Of a stretch of 64,000 nt of DNA, positions 38,864 through 48,356 are shown in pieces. The translations under genes and the position numbers were made by a program. Below the pieces are notes generated by a model. That model did no database searches and was not told the origin of the DNA. It worked only from the letters and a program-made list of their open reading frames with translations. Each line of letters starts with the position of its first letter. Position 1 is the stretch's first letter. This stretch comes from a virus: positions 11,367-75,366 of IMG/VR virus record IMGVR_UViG_3300032893_000027; one strand, 5' to 3'.

Positions 38864-40922
38864 GCTAAGGACAATTGCCATTGCCCAAGCCCGTATGGGT
38901 TCAACCCGGCTTCCCGGAAAGGTGATGTTTTACCTCAAAGGCAAACCGGTACTGAAGTGGACCTATGATGCCTTGAAAAGGGCACAGGGTGTTGACGAAG
39001 TTGTGATAGCCACGTCGACACTTCCGGCCGACGATGTGATTGCAAAGTTCTGTGCAGTGAGTAACATGAACTGCTACCGGGGTTCTGAGAGCGACGTCTT
39101 AGAGCGCTATTACCAATGTGCCTTAGCCTATGGGGCACAGATCGTCCTGCGGTTGACTTGCGACTGCCCATTTTTGGATAGCAACGTGGTGTCGGAAGTG
39201 ATCCGACTCCGTGATGCTAAGGATGTTGCGTATGCCTCTAATATTGACCCTCCCACTTATCCTGATGGCTTGGACGTTGAGTGCTTCACTTTCGATTCTC
39301 TCTTTGCTGCATATAAAGAGGCTGTTCGTCCTTCTGACCGTGATTGCGTTACTCAATTCATTACTCGCAATCGTGACCGGTTCCCTGCTGCAAATCTTAC
39401 CTGTCCCCTCCCCGGCCTACAGAATGAACGCTGGGTCCTCGATACAAGAGAGGACCTCGACTTTTGCGGAAACGTCGCCGAAGTCCTTGAGAGCGATCCC
39501 TCATATGATGGGCAGCCAACCTATCTCAAGATATTAAAGGTCCTTGATATCTTTCCCAATTTCCGCGACCTTAACAAGGCGGGAATTAGGAATGAACGGT
39601 TCTTTGACGCCATCCACACCGAAGCGCTCCCTGATCGGTCGTTTAAACGGTCTCAAGACTGGTTTAAGACTGCGACTCGACGTATCCCGATTGGCGCTCA
39701 AACTTTTAGCAAGAGCTACCTTCAGTTCCCTCCGGGGAATAGTCCGCTATACCTTACGCACGGTGATGGCGCTCGTGTGTTCGATCTTGACGGTAATGAT
39801 TACGTTGATCTGGTTAACGCCATTCTGCCTGTTGTCCTTGGCTATCGTGATCCTGATGTGGATCAGGCCGTCCGCGACCAGCTAGACAACGGCATCAGCT
39901 TCAGCCTTTCCTCCAAGCTGGAATATGAACTGGCCGAGAACCTCTGCCAGATCATTCCCTCTGCCGAGATGGTCAAGTTCGGCAAGGGCGGCACTGACGT
40001 CACCACCGCAGCAATCCGGGCAGCAAGAGCCTATACCAAACGTCAGGACGTGGTTCTGACCGGTTATCATGGCTGGGCCGATTGGTCCATGTGTACGACC
40101 GACCGGAACCGTGGCATCCCCAAAGGGATCGGATCTTATAGCATGCGGCTGCCTTACGGCGATGCCGAGCGGATGCATGACTATCTCCTTGAAAACCATA
40201 GGACTATTGCTGCTGTTATCTGTGAACCGGAGGGTGACGCCGAGTACCTACGTTATTTACGTACCATCTGTTCCAAGTATGGAATCGTTCTAATCTTTGA
40301 CGAGGTGATTACCGGGTTCCGCTGGGCTATGGGCGGGGCTCAGAAATTTTATAACGTAACTCCCGATCTTTCCACATTTGGAAAGGCCATGGCGAATGGG
40401 ATGCCCCTCAGCGCTGTGGTGGGAAGAGAAGAGGTGATGAAGGTTTTTGCGCCGCCGGAGAACATTTTTTATTCCGGAACCATGTTCGGGGAAACCCTTT
40501 CTCTGGCGGCCTCCCTTGCGACCATCAAGAAGATGCAGCGGGAGAATGTGATCCAGCACCTCTGGAGGGTAGGGGCCGAGATTGACCTCCACCTCCAGAA
40601 CCTGAGGGATAAGTACGGCCTCAATGAAGTTGTGAATATCAGTTCAGAGTTTCCAAAAAAGATTGTGACATTCAACGACATAGGTAACACGACCTCCAAC
40701 CAGCTTCGCACCCTATTCATGCAATGCATGATCCAGAATGGGGTGCTGATTATCGGGTCCAACAACGTGTCATGGTCGATCCGTGAACCACAGTTGAAGC
40801 GCATTTTCTCCGCATATGAGGAGACGTTTTCCACAATTAAATGCGCCATTGATAATGACAGTGTGAAGGATCTGATAGATGAAGAGTGCGCTATCGTGAG
40901 TCCGTTGCGGAAGGTTTATTAA
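38856..40922 (+). CDS. Fusion of PseF/SpsF-like cytidylyltransferase and class III (GSA-aminomutase-like) PLP aminotransferase
   Basis: N-terminal QARMGSTRLPGKV..RGSESDVL..RLTCDCPF; C-terminal DGNDYVD..GYHGW..LIFDEVITGFR..FGKAMANG. Confidence 0.88.
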   Translation: MNKLRTIAIAQARMGSTRLPGKVMFYLKGKPVLKWTYDALKRAQGVDEVVIATSTLPADDVIAKFCAVSNMNCYRGSESDVLERYYQCALAYGAQIVLRLTCDCPFLDSNVVSEVIRLRDAKDVAYASNIDPPTYPDGLDVECFTFDSLFAAYKEAVRPSDRDCVTQFITRNRDRFPAANLTCPLPGLQNERWVLDTREDLDFCGNVAEVLESDPSYDGQPTYLKILKVLDIFPNFRDLNKAGIRNERFFDAIHTEALPDRSFKRSQDWFKTATRRIPIGAQTFSKSYLQFPPGNSPLYLTHGDGARVFDLDGNDYVDLVNAILPVVLGYRDPDVDQAVRDQLDNGISFSLSSKLEYELAENLCQIIPSAEMVKFGKGGTDVTTAAIRAARAYTKRQDVVLTGYHGWADWSMCTTDRNRGIPKGIGSYSMRLPYGDAERMHDYLLENHRTIAAVICEPEGDAEYLRYLRTICSKYGIVLIFDEVITGFRWAMGGAQKFYNVTPDLSTFGKAMANGMPLSAVVGREEVMKVFAPPENIFYSGTMFGETLSLAASLATIKKMQRENVIQHLWRVGAEIDLHLQNLRDKYGLNEVVNISSEFPKKIVTFNDIGNTTSNQLRTLFMQCMIQNGVLIIGSNNVSWSIREPQLKRIFSAYEETFSTIKCAIDNDSVKDLIDEECAIVSPLRKVY

Positions 40923-40930
40923 GAGGCAAT

Positions 40931-41845
40931 ATGAAATCGGTACTAATAACGGGCGGCTCAGGCAGCTTTGGGCAGGCATTCACACGGCACTTACTAACCA
41001 CAGATGCCGAACGCATTGTGATTTACAGCAGAGGCGAACATGCCCAAGAGCAGATGGCCCGCAGTTTTGGGAATGGTCGTGTCCGTTATTTTATTGGCGA
41101 CGTTAGGGACAAAGATCGCCTTTCTATGGCTATGCGGGGTATTGACACTGTGGTTCATGCTGCGGCGTTAAAAGTCGTCCCTATCGCCGAATACAACCCA
41201 ACAGAATGTGTCTCCACTAATATAGGCGGGGCCGAAAATGTGGTTCTCGCAGCCATCACTATCGGCGTTAAAAAAGTCATAGCGCTCTCCACCGACAAGG
41301 CTGTTAATCCGATCAATCTCTACGGCGCCACGAAACTCTGTGCCGAAAAAATATTCATTGCTGCGAATAACTTGGCGGCTGGTAAGACTTTGTTCAGCGT
41401 CGTCCGCTATGGCAATGTGGTTGGGAGTCAAGGTTCCGTCCTTCCTCTCTTCAAGACGATTGCAGCCGAAGGTGGCTCGTTACCGATTACGGATACCAGA
41501 ATGACCAGATTCTGGATCAAAATGGAAGAGGCTATCGCCCTCGTTAACCTTGCTCACGGAAAAATGAGTGGAAGAGAGATATTTGTTCCCAAGATTCCGT
41601 CGATGAATATTGTAGACTTGGCCGAATCAATCACGCCGCGTTGGCACACATCCGGAATTCGTCCGGGTGAAAAGCTTCACGAAGTCCTGATTAGCGAGGA
41701 TGAGCGCCCCTATACCGTGGATCGCGGGGGTTATTTCACCATCTGCCCGACCGGCCGAGCGTCCAGAGGAGGTGCCGCCTACGCTTCCAACACCAATGAC
41801 CAGTTCCTAACCCGCCAACAATTGAAGGCCATGGTTGATGCCTAA
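40931..41845 (+). CDS. pseB: UDP-GlcNAc 4,6-dehydratase (inverting)
   Basis: TGGSGSFG, HAAALKVVP.AEYNP, LSTDKAVNPINLYGATK, VRYGNV, MTRFW, GIRPGEKLHE. Confidence 0.9.
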   Translation: MKSVLITGGSGSFGQAFTRHLLTTDAERIVIYSRGEHAQEQMARSFGNGRVRYFIGDVRDKDRLSMAMRGIDTVVHAAALKVVPIAEYNPTECVSTNIGGAENVVLAAITIGVKKVIALSTDKAVNPINLYGATKLCAEKIFIAANNLAAGKTLFSVVRYGNVVGSQGSVLPLFKTIAAEGGSLPITDTRMTRFWIKMEEAIALVNLAHGKMSGREIFVPKIPSMNIVDLAESITPRWHTSGIRPGEKLHEVLISEDERPYTVDRGGYFTICPTGRASRGGAAYASNTNDQFLTRQQLKAMVDA

Positions 41846-42020
41846 GAAAAGCCCAACGGAACTCATCAAGCATATCACCAAGGCCCGAGCAAGGAATAAC
41901 GTCCTATGGATGCAGCTACTAAAATTAGCGGTGGAGACGTCGCCAAGAAAGGCAAAATACATTCTGGCCAAGATCAATTGGAACGACCGGCAAATAAGCG
42001 GGTGGCTGAAAAGGCTGTAA
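41838..42020 (+). CDS. Small basic hypothetical protein inside the sugar cluster
   Basis: Overlaps the pseB stop and the pseC start. Confidence 0.5.
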   Translation: MPKKSPTELIKHITKARARNNVLWMQLLKLAVETSPRKAKYILAKINWNDRQISGWLKRL

Positions 42021-43147
42021 GGCTCGGACCCCTACCCAGATACTACACCATCGGCAAGATTGAAAAGCGCCATTCCTACAACGCCTTGAAGAACTCCTTG
42101 TCCGGCTATATCGGCGGGAACAGGAAGGCTGGCTATTGGTGTGAACGGCTCAGCGCCGAATGGTCGGCTGCTTTCAACATCCGCTATTCCATTCCCTGCA
42201 ATTCCGCGACCTCAGGGCTTCTGGCGGCCTGCATGGCAGCCGGAATCAAGGCTGGCGATGAGGTCTGGGTCTCAGATTATACCATGTCGGCGTCGGCGAC
42301 CTGTGCCCTGATCTTGGGAGCTAAGGTCACGCTTCTCGACGTTGATGACCACTTCTGCCTGCTATGGCACCAAGCTGGGGGCTCGCCTGTGCCCAATCAG
42401 TGGCCCAAGGCTATCATCGTGACTAATCTGTTCGGCTGCCCGGCAGATCTCCATTACCTGAGGAAGCTTTGTGATATCAACCACATCATCCTCATCGAAG
42501 ATAATGCGCAGGCACCATTTGCGACCCTCAATGGTAAATATACGGGTACCATCGGGCACATCGGTGTATTTAGTCTTAATGTTCATAAGCATCTCCAGAC
42601 CGGCGAGGGTGGGGTCATCGTCACCGACGACCCTCAACTCGCTCACAAGATTGATTGTGCCATCAATCACGGAGAATTGATGGGCAGCGACCCGCATCTG
42701 GGGCTCAATCTACGAATGACGGAACCAATCGCGGGCATTGCGTGTGCCCAACTTCAGCGTGGTCATCAGCTTGTGCAGGGCCGGATTCGCCTTGCGGAGG
42801 AGATCACGTCGATGTTTGAACACATTGATTGCATTCATACGCCACGACTTCGCCCGGATAGTCAACACGTCTACTATATGTGGGCTGGTCAAATTCTCGG
42901 GAGCGATGCGGGGATTCGGCGCAAGCGCTTTATCGAAGCGGTGCAGGCGCGTGGTGTGCCGTTTCGGGAGGGGTATTCCCGGCCGTTGCATCGGATTCTG
43001 GGGATCGGTCACGATAGTTCCTTTCCAAATACCGTTTACCTTGAGGACCGCAGCCTGTTCACATTCGAGATATGCGCCTACGATCCCAAGACCCAGCATC
43101 TAGCTGCAATGCGGCAGATCATTGATGATGAATCGAAAAGATTGTGA
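42002..43147 (+). CDS. pseC: DegT/PseC-family PLP sugar aminotransferase
   Basis: CNSATSGL, IEDNAQA, FSLNVHKHLQTGEGG, GLNLRMTE; start uncertain (GTG at 42002 chosen). Confidence 0.82.
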   Translation: MAEKAVRLGPLPRYYTIGKIEKRHSYNALKNSLSGYIGGNRKAGYWCERLSAEWSAAFNIRYSIPCNSATSGLLAACMAAGIKAGDEVWVSDYTMSASATCALILGAKVTLLDVDDHFCLLWHQAGGSPVPNQWPKAIIVTNLFGCPADLHYLRKLCDINHIILIEDNAQAPFATLNGKYTGTIGHIGVFSLNVHKHLQTGEGGVIVTDDPQLAHKIDCAINHGELMGSDPHLGLNLRMTEPIAGIACAQLQRGHQLVQGRIRLAEEITSMFEHIDCIHTPRLRPDSQHVYYMWAGQILGSDAGIRRKRFIEAVQARGVPFREGYSRPLHRILGIGHDSSFPNTVYLEDRSLFTFEICAYDPKTQHLAAMRQIIDDESKRL

Positions 43148-43149
43148 CC

Positions 43150-44157
43150 ATGAGGATAGCCGACAGGGACATTGACAACTTTTTGAAGCCCTACGTCATT
43201 TGTGAGTGTAGTTGTAATCACGACGGCGACCTCGCCACGGCTTTGGCATTGATTGAGGCCGCGAAATGGGCTGGCGCGGATGCCGTCAAGTTCCAAGCCT
43301 ATACGCCGGATACGATCACGCTGGATTGTAATAAGCCCGACTTCATTATTCAGGATGGGCTGTGGAAGGGGAGAACCCTTTATGAACTCTACAAAAAGAC
43401 GTACACGCCGTTCGAATGGTTCCCGAAGATCTTCAAGCAGGCCAAGAAAGTCGGAATTACTGCCTTCGCTTCTGTATTCGACCTATCATCCGTTGACATG
43501 CTTGACCGACTTGGTTGCCCCGCTTTCAAAATCGCATCCATGGAAATCACGGATACTCCTCTTATTGCTTACGCAACTCGAAGAGGAAAACCCACAATCA
43601 TTTCAACGGGCATGGCAAGTCGTGAAGAAATCCGTTCAGCTTATGAGGCGTGTGGAGGAAAACCTGTAGCCTTCCTGCATTGCACCTCTGAGTATCCTCA
43701 GACGGTGGAATGGTCCTCGCTTCAAAGTATCGTGAAGCTCAGGGAATTGTTACCCGGTGTTCCCATCGGGGTGTCGGATCATACGCCCGGTAATCTGGTA
43801 GTTCCGGTCGGTGGAACCGCTATGGGGGTGGCCATTATCGAGAAGCACATGAAGCCGGAGGGCCTGTCGGATACCGAGGACAAGGAGTTCAGCCTCGATC
43901 CTGAATCCTTCAAGAGCATGGTCAAGCTGGTTCAGATGACCCATGAGGCGCTTCAGATCAGGGAACAATTGTCCAATCCAACCCGACAATTGAGGCGTTC
44001 GCTCTATGCGGTCGCTGATATCGAGAAGGGCGAGACCTTTACTGAGGCTAATGTGAGAAGCATCCGGCCCGGCTTTGGCCTCGCACCCAAGCATCTGCCC
44101 CGCCTGCTGGGAAAGAAAGCCAGCCACAATTACCGCAGAGGAGACCGGATCACATGA
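43150..44157 (+). CDS. pseI: Pseudaminic acid synthase (NeuB family) with C-terminal SAF domain
   Basis: CNHDGD, ADAVKFQAYTPDTIT, LWKGRTLYELY, FKIASME, SDHT, IEKH, RRSLYAV, IRPGFGL. Confidence 0.9.
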   Translation: MRIADRDIDNFLKPYVICECSCNHDGDLATALALIEAAKWAGADAVKFQAYTPDTITLDCNKPDFIIQDGLWKGRTLYELYKKTYTPFEWFPKIFKQAKKVGITAFASVFDLSSVDMLDRLGCPAFKIASMEITDTPLIAYATRRGKPTIISTGMASREEIRSAYEACGGKPVAFLHCTSEYPQTVEWSSLQSIVKLRELLPGVPIGVSDHTPGNLVVPVGGTAMGVAIIEKHMKPEGLSDTEDKEFSLDPESFKSMVKLVQMTHEALQIREQLSNPTRQLRRSLYAVADIEKGETFTEANVRSIRPGFGLAPKHLPRLLGKKASHNYRRGDRIT

Positions 44158-44609
44158 GTATTGTCAATGATTTCAAAGCCATCAACGACAATGTTAAGAA
44201 GTTGAATGAGCAAGAACCAGAGTTGATGAACGGATATGATAGAACGAATTATTCACCGCCGATCAACCTGCCGCCAAGCCACGGGGCACCGGATGGATCT
44301 TTACATTGTTCGGCTGGAAAGGATGGGCTGAATGTTTGGTGGGTCGCCGACTCGAATGTTCTAGGCGGATGGCGATTGGCGACCGAAAAAGAACTCGGAA
44401 TCTCTCCCACCCATCCGGCAGTCCAAGGCCAGATCATCATCGACCCCGGTCATAACCACCAAAACCCGAATGCCCAACAAGCCAATGCTGCCCAGCAGGC
44501 CATCCTTGGAACTGATGTAGGAGGTAGATTGGGCTTCAGGATCCCACCGGGATATACACGTTATTGGGTCGTGAAAAGCAATCGACTTTGGCGGAAGGTT
44601 GGGGTGTGA
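44154..44609 (+). CDS. Hypothetical protein
   Basis: ATGA overlap with pseI. Confidence 0.5.
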   Translation: MSIVNDFKAINDNVKKLNEQEPELMNGYDRTNYSPPINLPPSHGAPDGSLHCSAGKDGLNVWWVADSNVLGGWRLATEKELGISPTHPAVQGQIIIDPGHNHQNPNAQQANAAQQAILGTDVGGRLGFRIPPGYTRYWVVKSNRLWRKVGV

Positions 44610-46871
44610 AGCATCATCCCAAGCCGAGGTATGATGCCTCATGGGATGAGGATCACGAATGCTGGGTGGTGCCGTGGACTTGTCTGGTGGGGTGCAAGTG
44701 CTGGATGAGGGTATCCGGCCCCCAGAAGGGGAGCTGCATTCATGGCGGCCCCTACATGGGCTATACGCCGTGTGGGAAGTGCTGTGAGCCTGACCGAACA
44801 ACTAATTAGAGTGGAGATCTATGTGGCTCTCGCATTTGTGATCGCATTCCTGACGGTCCTTTACGATATCTTCAACTCATGAAGATGGAACAACTCAGTT
44901 GTGCGACCTGCCGGTTCTGCCACGAATTGGACTCAGAATCGTTCATATGTCGCCGTTATCCACCGAGGATCTATGAGTTCCAAGGCAAGGTTTTGACACT
45001 TTATCCACCCATTAACGATATCAGGACATGGTGGTGTGGGGAGCATAAGACTAATTTCAAGAGCGGAGCCAACTGATGCAGAATACGAAGCAGGCCATTA
45101 AAGACGTCCTTTTCGTCCTTAGCGACAGGACCAAGGCAATGGATGCAAGGAACTATCCAGACTGGTTCCAAAAGGCCGTAGACGAGGGGGGCTACGCTAA
45201 ATCGTGGACCATACTCCTGCAAGCCTGCCTCGAAGAGATCAAGATGCATCAAGATCTCAATGGACGGCTTTACAAGCAACTCTATCCCTCGGGCTAACCA
45301 TGAGCGAGATGCTTAAGCGAGTGGCGATAGCGATTGCTGCTAGTCGTGGGTCTGGTTCATGGAAGGCATACGAGATAGAGGCGCTCGCCGCTGTTGCGGC
45401 CCTACGGAACCCGACCCGAGAGGTGAAGCTAGCCGCGAACAAGGTTCCCATCAAACGCAGCCTCTTGAGTGAGGATGAAACCTATTATGTGACCGGATAT
45501 GAGGCCGAAGATATCTGGCATGCCATGATTGATGGGATAATTGATGAGATACTCAAATGACACTGTTCTTTATTGGCCTCTATTTCGGGATCGGGATGGG
45601 TTCCGTAACCGTCATCTGTATCGACATTCCGAGCCCTTCCTTCTGGAAGGTATTATTGTCCATGATGTTCTGGCCGATGTTCTTTTTCCTGCCTGATCCA
45701 GAGTGAGTAAGTATGATTGACATATATGATTCAGAGTTCGATGAGAAGATCCGCATCACTCAGAAGAAGGATTGGATCTACGTCCATTATTCAAAGCGGG
45801 TGGGGGGTGGCTTCATCAAGATGAAGCGAGACCTCTGGCGTCAGGTCGCCCACACTGTGATAGGCATCACAGATAAGGATTGGCCCATAATCGGAGAAAG
45901 AAAGAAATCAGCCCCGGTTAGTGAGGGATCTCTGCGATGATCTGGCTTTATCATCACTACAGCGGGGGCCATTTCGTTTGCTATGGCGATATCAGAACAC
46001 CGTCATGGTCGCGCTGGCTTATTCCGGGGACTGATACCTGATTTACAACCTATGAGTTGTATAAACCCCGTGTTTGGGGACACTTTAGCCCATCACTACA
46101 ACCGGCAGTAGGTAAAGATGAGTAACGATAACACCATTACGATCACGGAACTGTTGATGAAGACGGCTACGATCTTCGGTAAGATCGACCACATACAGGA
46201 CAACAAGGGAACAAAACTGTTCCGGGGGGCCTCTGTTGAACATCTGTTGAACGAGGCCATTCATGAGATCGAGAGCTATCGGAGCATTATCAAGTCCTTC
46301 TCGGATGCTGCTAAGATATTGGATAATCAAAGGAAACTGCCGACATGACAGGCAAAGAGATCGAATCATTGGGTGAGTTGGTCGAGAGATCCAAGTCCAT
46401 TACCCTGACAATGCCGAGTGGTCAGACGGTGACGATGGGACCAGATAGACAGAAGCTGGTCGTCAACGCCCTCTATCTGGCAGCCTACGCCCAATACAAG
46501 GTGGATAACGATGAGCGAACAGTTCAATGACAAACACCTATTGTGGTGGGTGATCAAGGCCATAGCCCACCACCCACTGGATGTATCCTTCGCAGACCTA
46601 AAGGATGACGAACTATGGATAGACATAGAAGCGCCTGATTGGGTCATGCCCGCCATATTTGAAAAGATCAAGATCATGGAGGACGAAGGTGGACTTGATT
46701 GACCGACTCGAACAGATGGCCTCTTGGATTGACACAGGAGTCACTCCAGAGGGTTTTAGTGAAGATGAGTATCTCCCTAGCCTAGATATCACAAGTCTCC
46801 TCAGAGAGGCTGCAAACGAGATTAAGAGGCTACGTGAAGAATTAAGGGTGGATGGGGGGTTCTATTCCTGA
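44606..46871 (+). other. Cluster of about 10 short, tightly coupled hypothetical ORFs (44606, 44879, 45076, 45300, 45713, 46118, 46345, 46511, 46695), some Cys-rich
   Basis: Consecutive overlapping stop/start codons. Confidence 0.55.
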
Positions 46872-47290
46872 TGAAGACTTGTTCCCGCTGTAAGGAACCT
46901 AAATCGCTGAAGGAGTTCCATCGACATTCGATTTATGGAACTCAATCCTATTGCAAGCCATGCGATAACAAAAAGAAGAACGAATTTAACGCAAAGAACC
47001 CGGAAAAGAGGTTCCGAGTAAAGCGACGGAACTGGCTCAAGGACAAGTACGGCATAACGCCGGAAGAACACAAAGGTCTCCTTGAGGCTCAGGGATTCAA
47101 ATGCGCCATATGCAAAAGCGACAATCCGAGGCGAAAGTCTAATTGGCTTGTGGACCATTGCCATAAGACTGGCCGTATACGCGGTTTATTGTGCCACCAC
47201 TGTAATCTGGCCCTTGGACATGTAGGCGATTCAACGGCCATCCTAACAGCAATGATTCAATACATAGAACAAAACAAGAACATTGCCTAG
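46871..47290 (+). CDS. Endonuclease VII-like (HNH) free-standing homing endonuclease
   Basis: CSRC..CKPC; KYGIT..QGFKCAIC..VDHCHKTGRIRGLLCHHCNLALG. Confidence 0.85.
   Translation: MKTCSRCKEPKSLKEFHRHSIYGTQSYCKPCDNKKKNEFNAKNPEKRFRVKRRNWLKDKYGITPEEHKGLLEAQGFKCAICKSDNPRRKSNWLVDHCHKTGRIRGLLCHHCNLALGHVGDSTAILTAMIQYIEQNKNIA
47267..47281. promoter_or_regulatory. Alphaproteobacterial LexA (SOS) box
   Basis: GAAC-AAAACAA-GAAC. Confidence 0.6.
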
Positions 47291-47302
47291 AATTTTTGTT
47301 CA

Positions 47303-47317
47303 GAACTTTCTGAGAAC
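47303..47317. promoter_or_regulatory. Alphaproteobacterial LexA (SOS) box
   Basis: GAAC-TTTCTGA-GAAC. Confidence 0.55.
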
Positions 47318-47654
47318 ATTCCTTAAAATTTTGGTTTGCAATTCACGGGACAGGGAAAATTTTAGGAACCGCCCCCACCCGCCCGTGGAAGGTTGGGCGG
47401 GCGTAGGACCGGACCCAGTCGGGCGCGGGCGAAAAGTTAAATCCCATCAGGGGCTTATGGAAATATTCCATAATGGACGTTATGCGAATTGTGTTCTGAG
47501 TTCAGTTGTTCGTTGAAACGAACATCAAGTGACCCAGCCCCACCCACCCCCGGGGGCAGGGGGACAGGGGATATATCATATCCCATACCCCACAGCTTAC
47601 CCCACAGTATGCGCCCATGTCCGCATGGATGATATCATCTCAATGATATCATTG

Positions 47655-47691
47655 GAACAGATAGTGAACATTATGGGAATGAATGATGAAC
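47655..47691. promoter_or_regulatory. Tandem LexA-box-like array
   Basis: GAAC/GAAC/GAAT/GAAC at 47655, 47666, 47677 and 47688 (11-bp period). Confidence 0.55.
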
Positions 47692-47726
47692 ATTGCCTCG
47701 TGCCAGCCTGTGTACGCGGGCGCGTC

Positions 47727-48245
47727 TTATAACAACAACCCCAGCTTACGAGCAAAGACCAGTGGGTCTTTCGCCCCTTTGCGAGAATTGCAAAGCTCAC
47801 AAGTGAGTTGCAGATTGTGACGGGCATTGCTGCCGCCTAATGCCAAAGGCATGATGTGATCAACATGATACCGTTGGTTCAAATCAACCCGACAATAGGC
47901 GCATTTGCCTAGTTGCAGGCGGAATATGTCCGCTATGTCAGTGTCCGTATGAGCCCCGTTGCTGCCCTTTAACCGGGCTTTACGCTTGCGATTACGGGCT
48001 ATGGCCGCAGGTTTATTGCGCTCATAGGCCAGCCTGTTTAGCCGACGCTGCTTCTCTCTATTGGAGATAAGCCAAGCCCGATTCCATGCCGGTTTGTTGG
48101 GATGACTACGATGCCGATCTCGAATGCACTCTGTGCATCCCTTGGAAATATACCGTTCAGCAATATGGCCATTGGAGCAGGGCTTTCCGGTAAAATACCG
48201 GACCAAACCCAACGCTTTGGCCTCAGATCGCCTGATCACGCGCAT
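47727..48245 (-). CDS. HNH homing endonuclease
   Basis: RYFTGKPCSNGH; CAYC..HVDHIMPL..GGSN..NLQLTCELCNSRK. Confidence 0.85.
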   Translation of the reverse strand: MRVIRRSEAKALGLVRYFTGKPCSNGHIAERYISKGCTECIRDRHRSHPNKPAWNRAWLISNREKQRRLNRLAYERNKPAAIARNRKRKARLKGSNGAHTDTDIADIFRLQLGKCAYCRVDLNQRYHVDHIMPLALGGSNARHNLQLTCELCNSRKGAKDPLVFARKLGLLL

Positions 48246-48266
48246 CTAAATCACTTCCTCAATGAA

Positions 48267-48320
48267 GACTCTTTCTTTCGAAAGCCCCTCATTTATGAGG
48301 GCTTTCTCAAGAAAGAAGTC
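48267..48320 (+). promoter_or_regulatory. Long imperfect leader hairpin 1
   Basis: GAAAGCCCCTCAT-TT-ATGAGGGCTTTC core; 36 nt before the ATG at 48357. Confidence 0.55.
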
Positions 48321-48356
48321 CTCATCAGCAACCCGGCAACGAAAGGACCGCCGAAC

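Noticed and set aside
39600-40922. hemL (tetrapyrrole synthesis) as an auxiliary metabolic gene
   Set aside because: The domain is fused to a cytidylyltransferase inside a sugar operon, so a sugar aminotransferase role is more parsimonious.
36313-44157. Host chromosomal LPS/flagellar locus flanking a prophage
   Set aside because: It is flanked on both sides by phage genes, interleaved with small phage-like ORFs, and no integrase or att site is visible. An assembly chimera cannot be fully excluded without reads.
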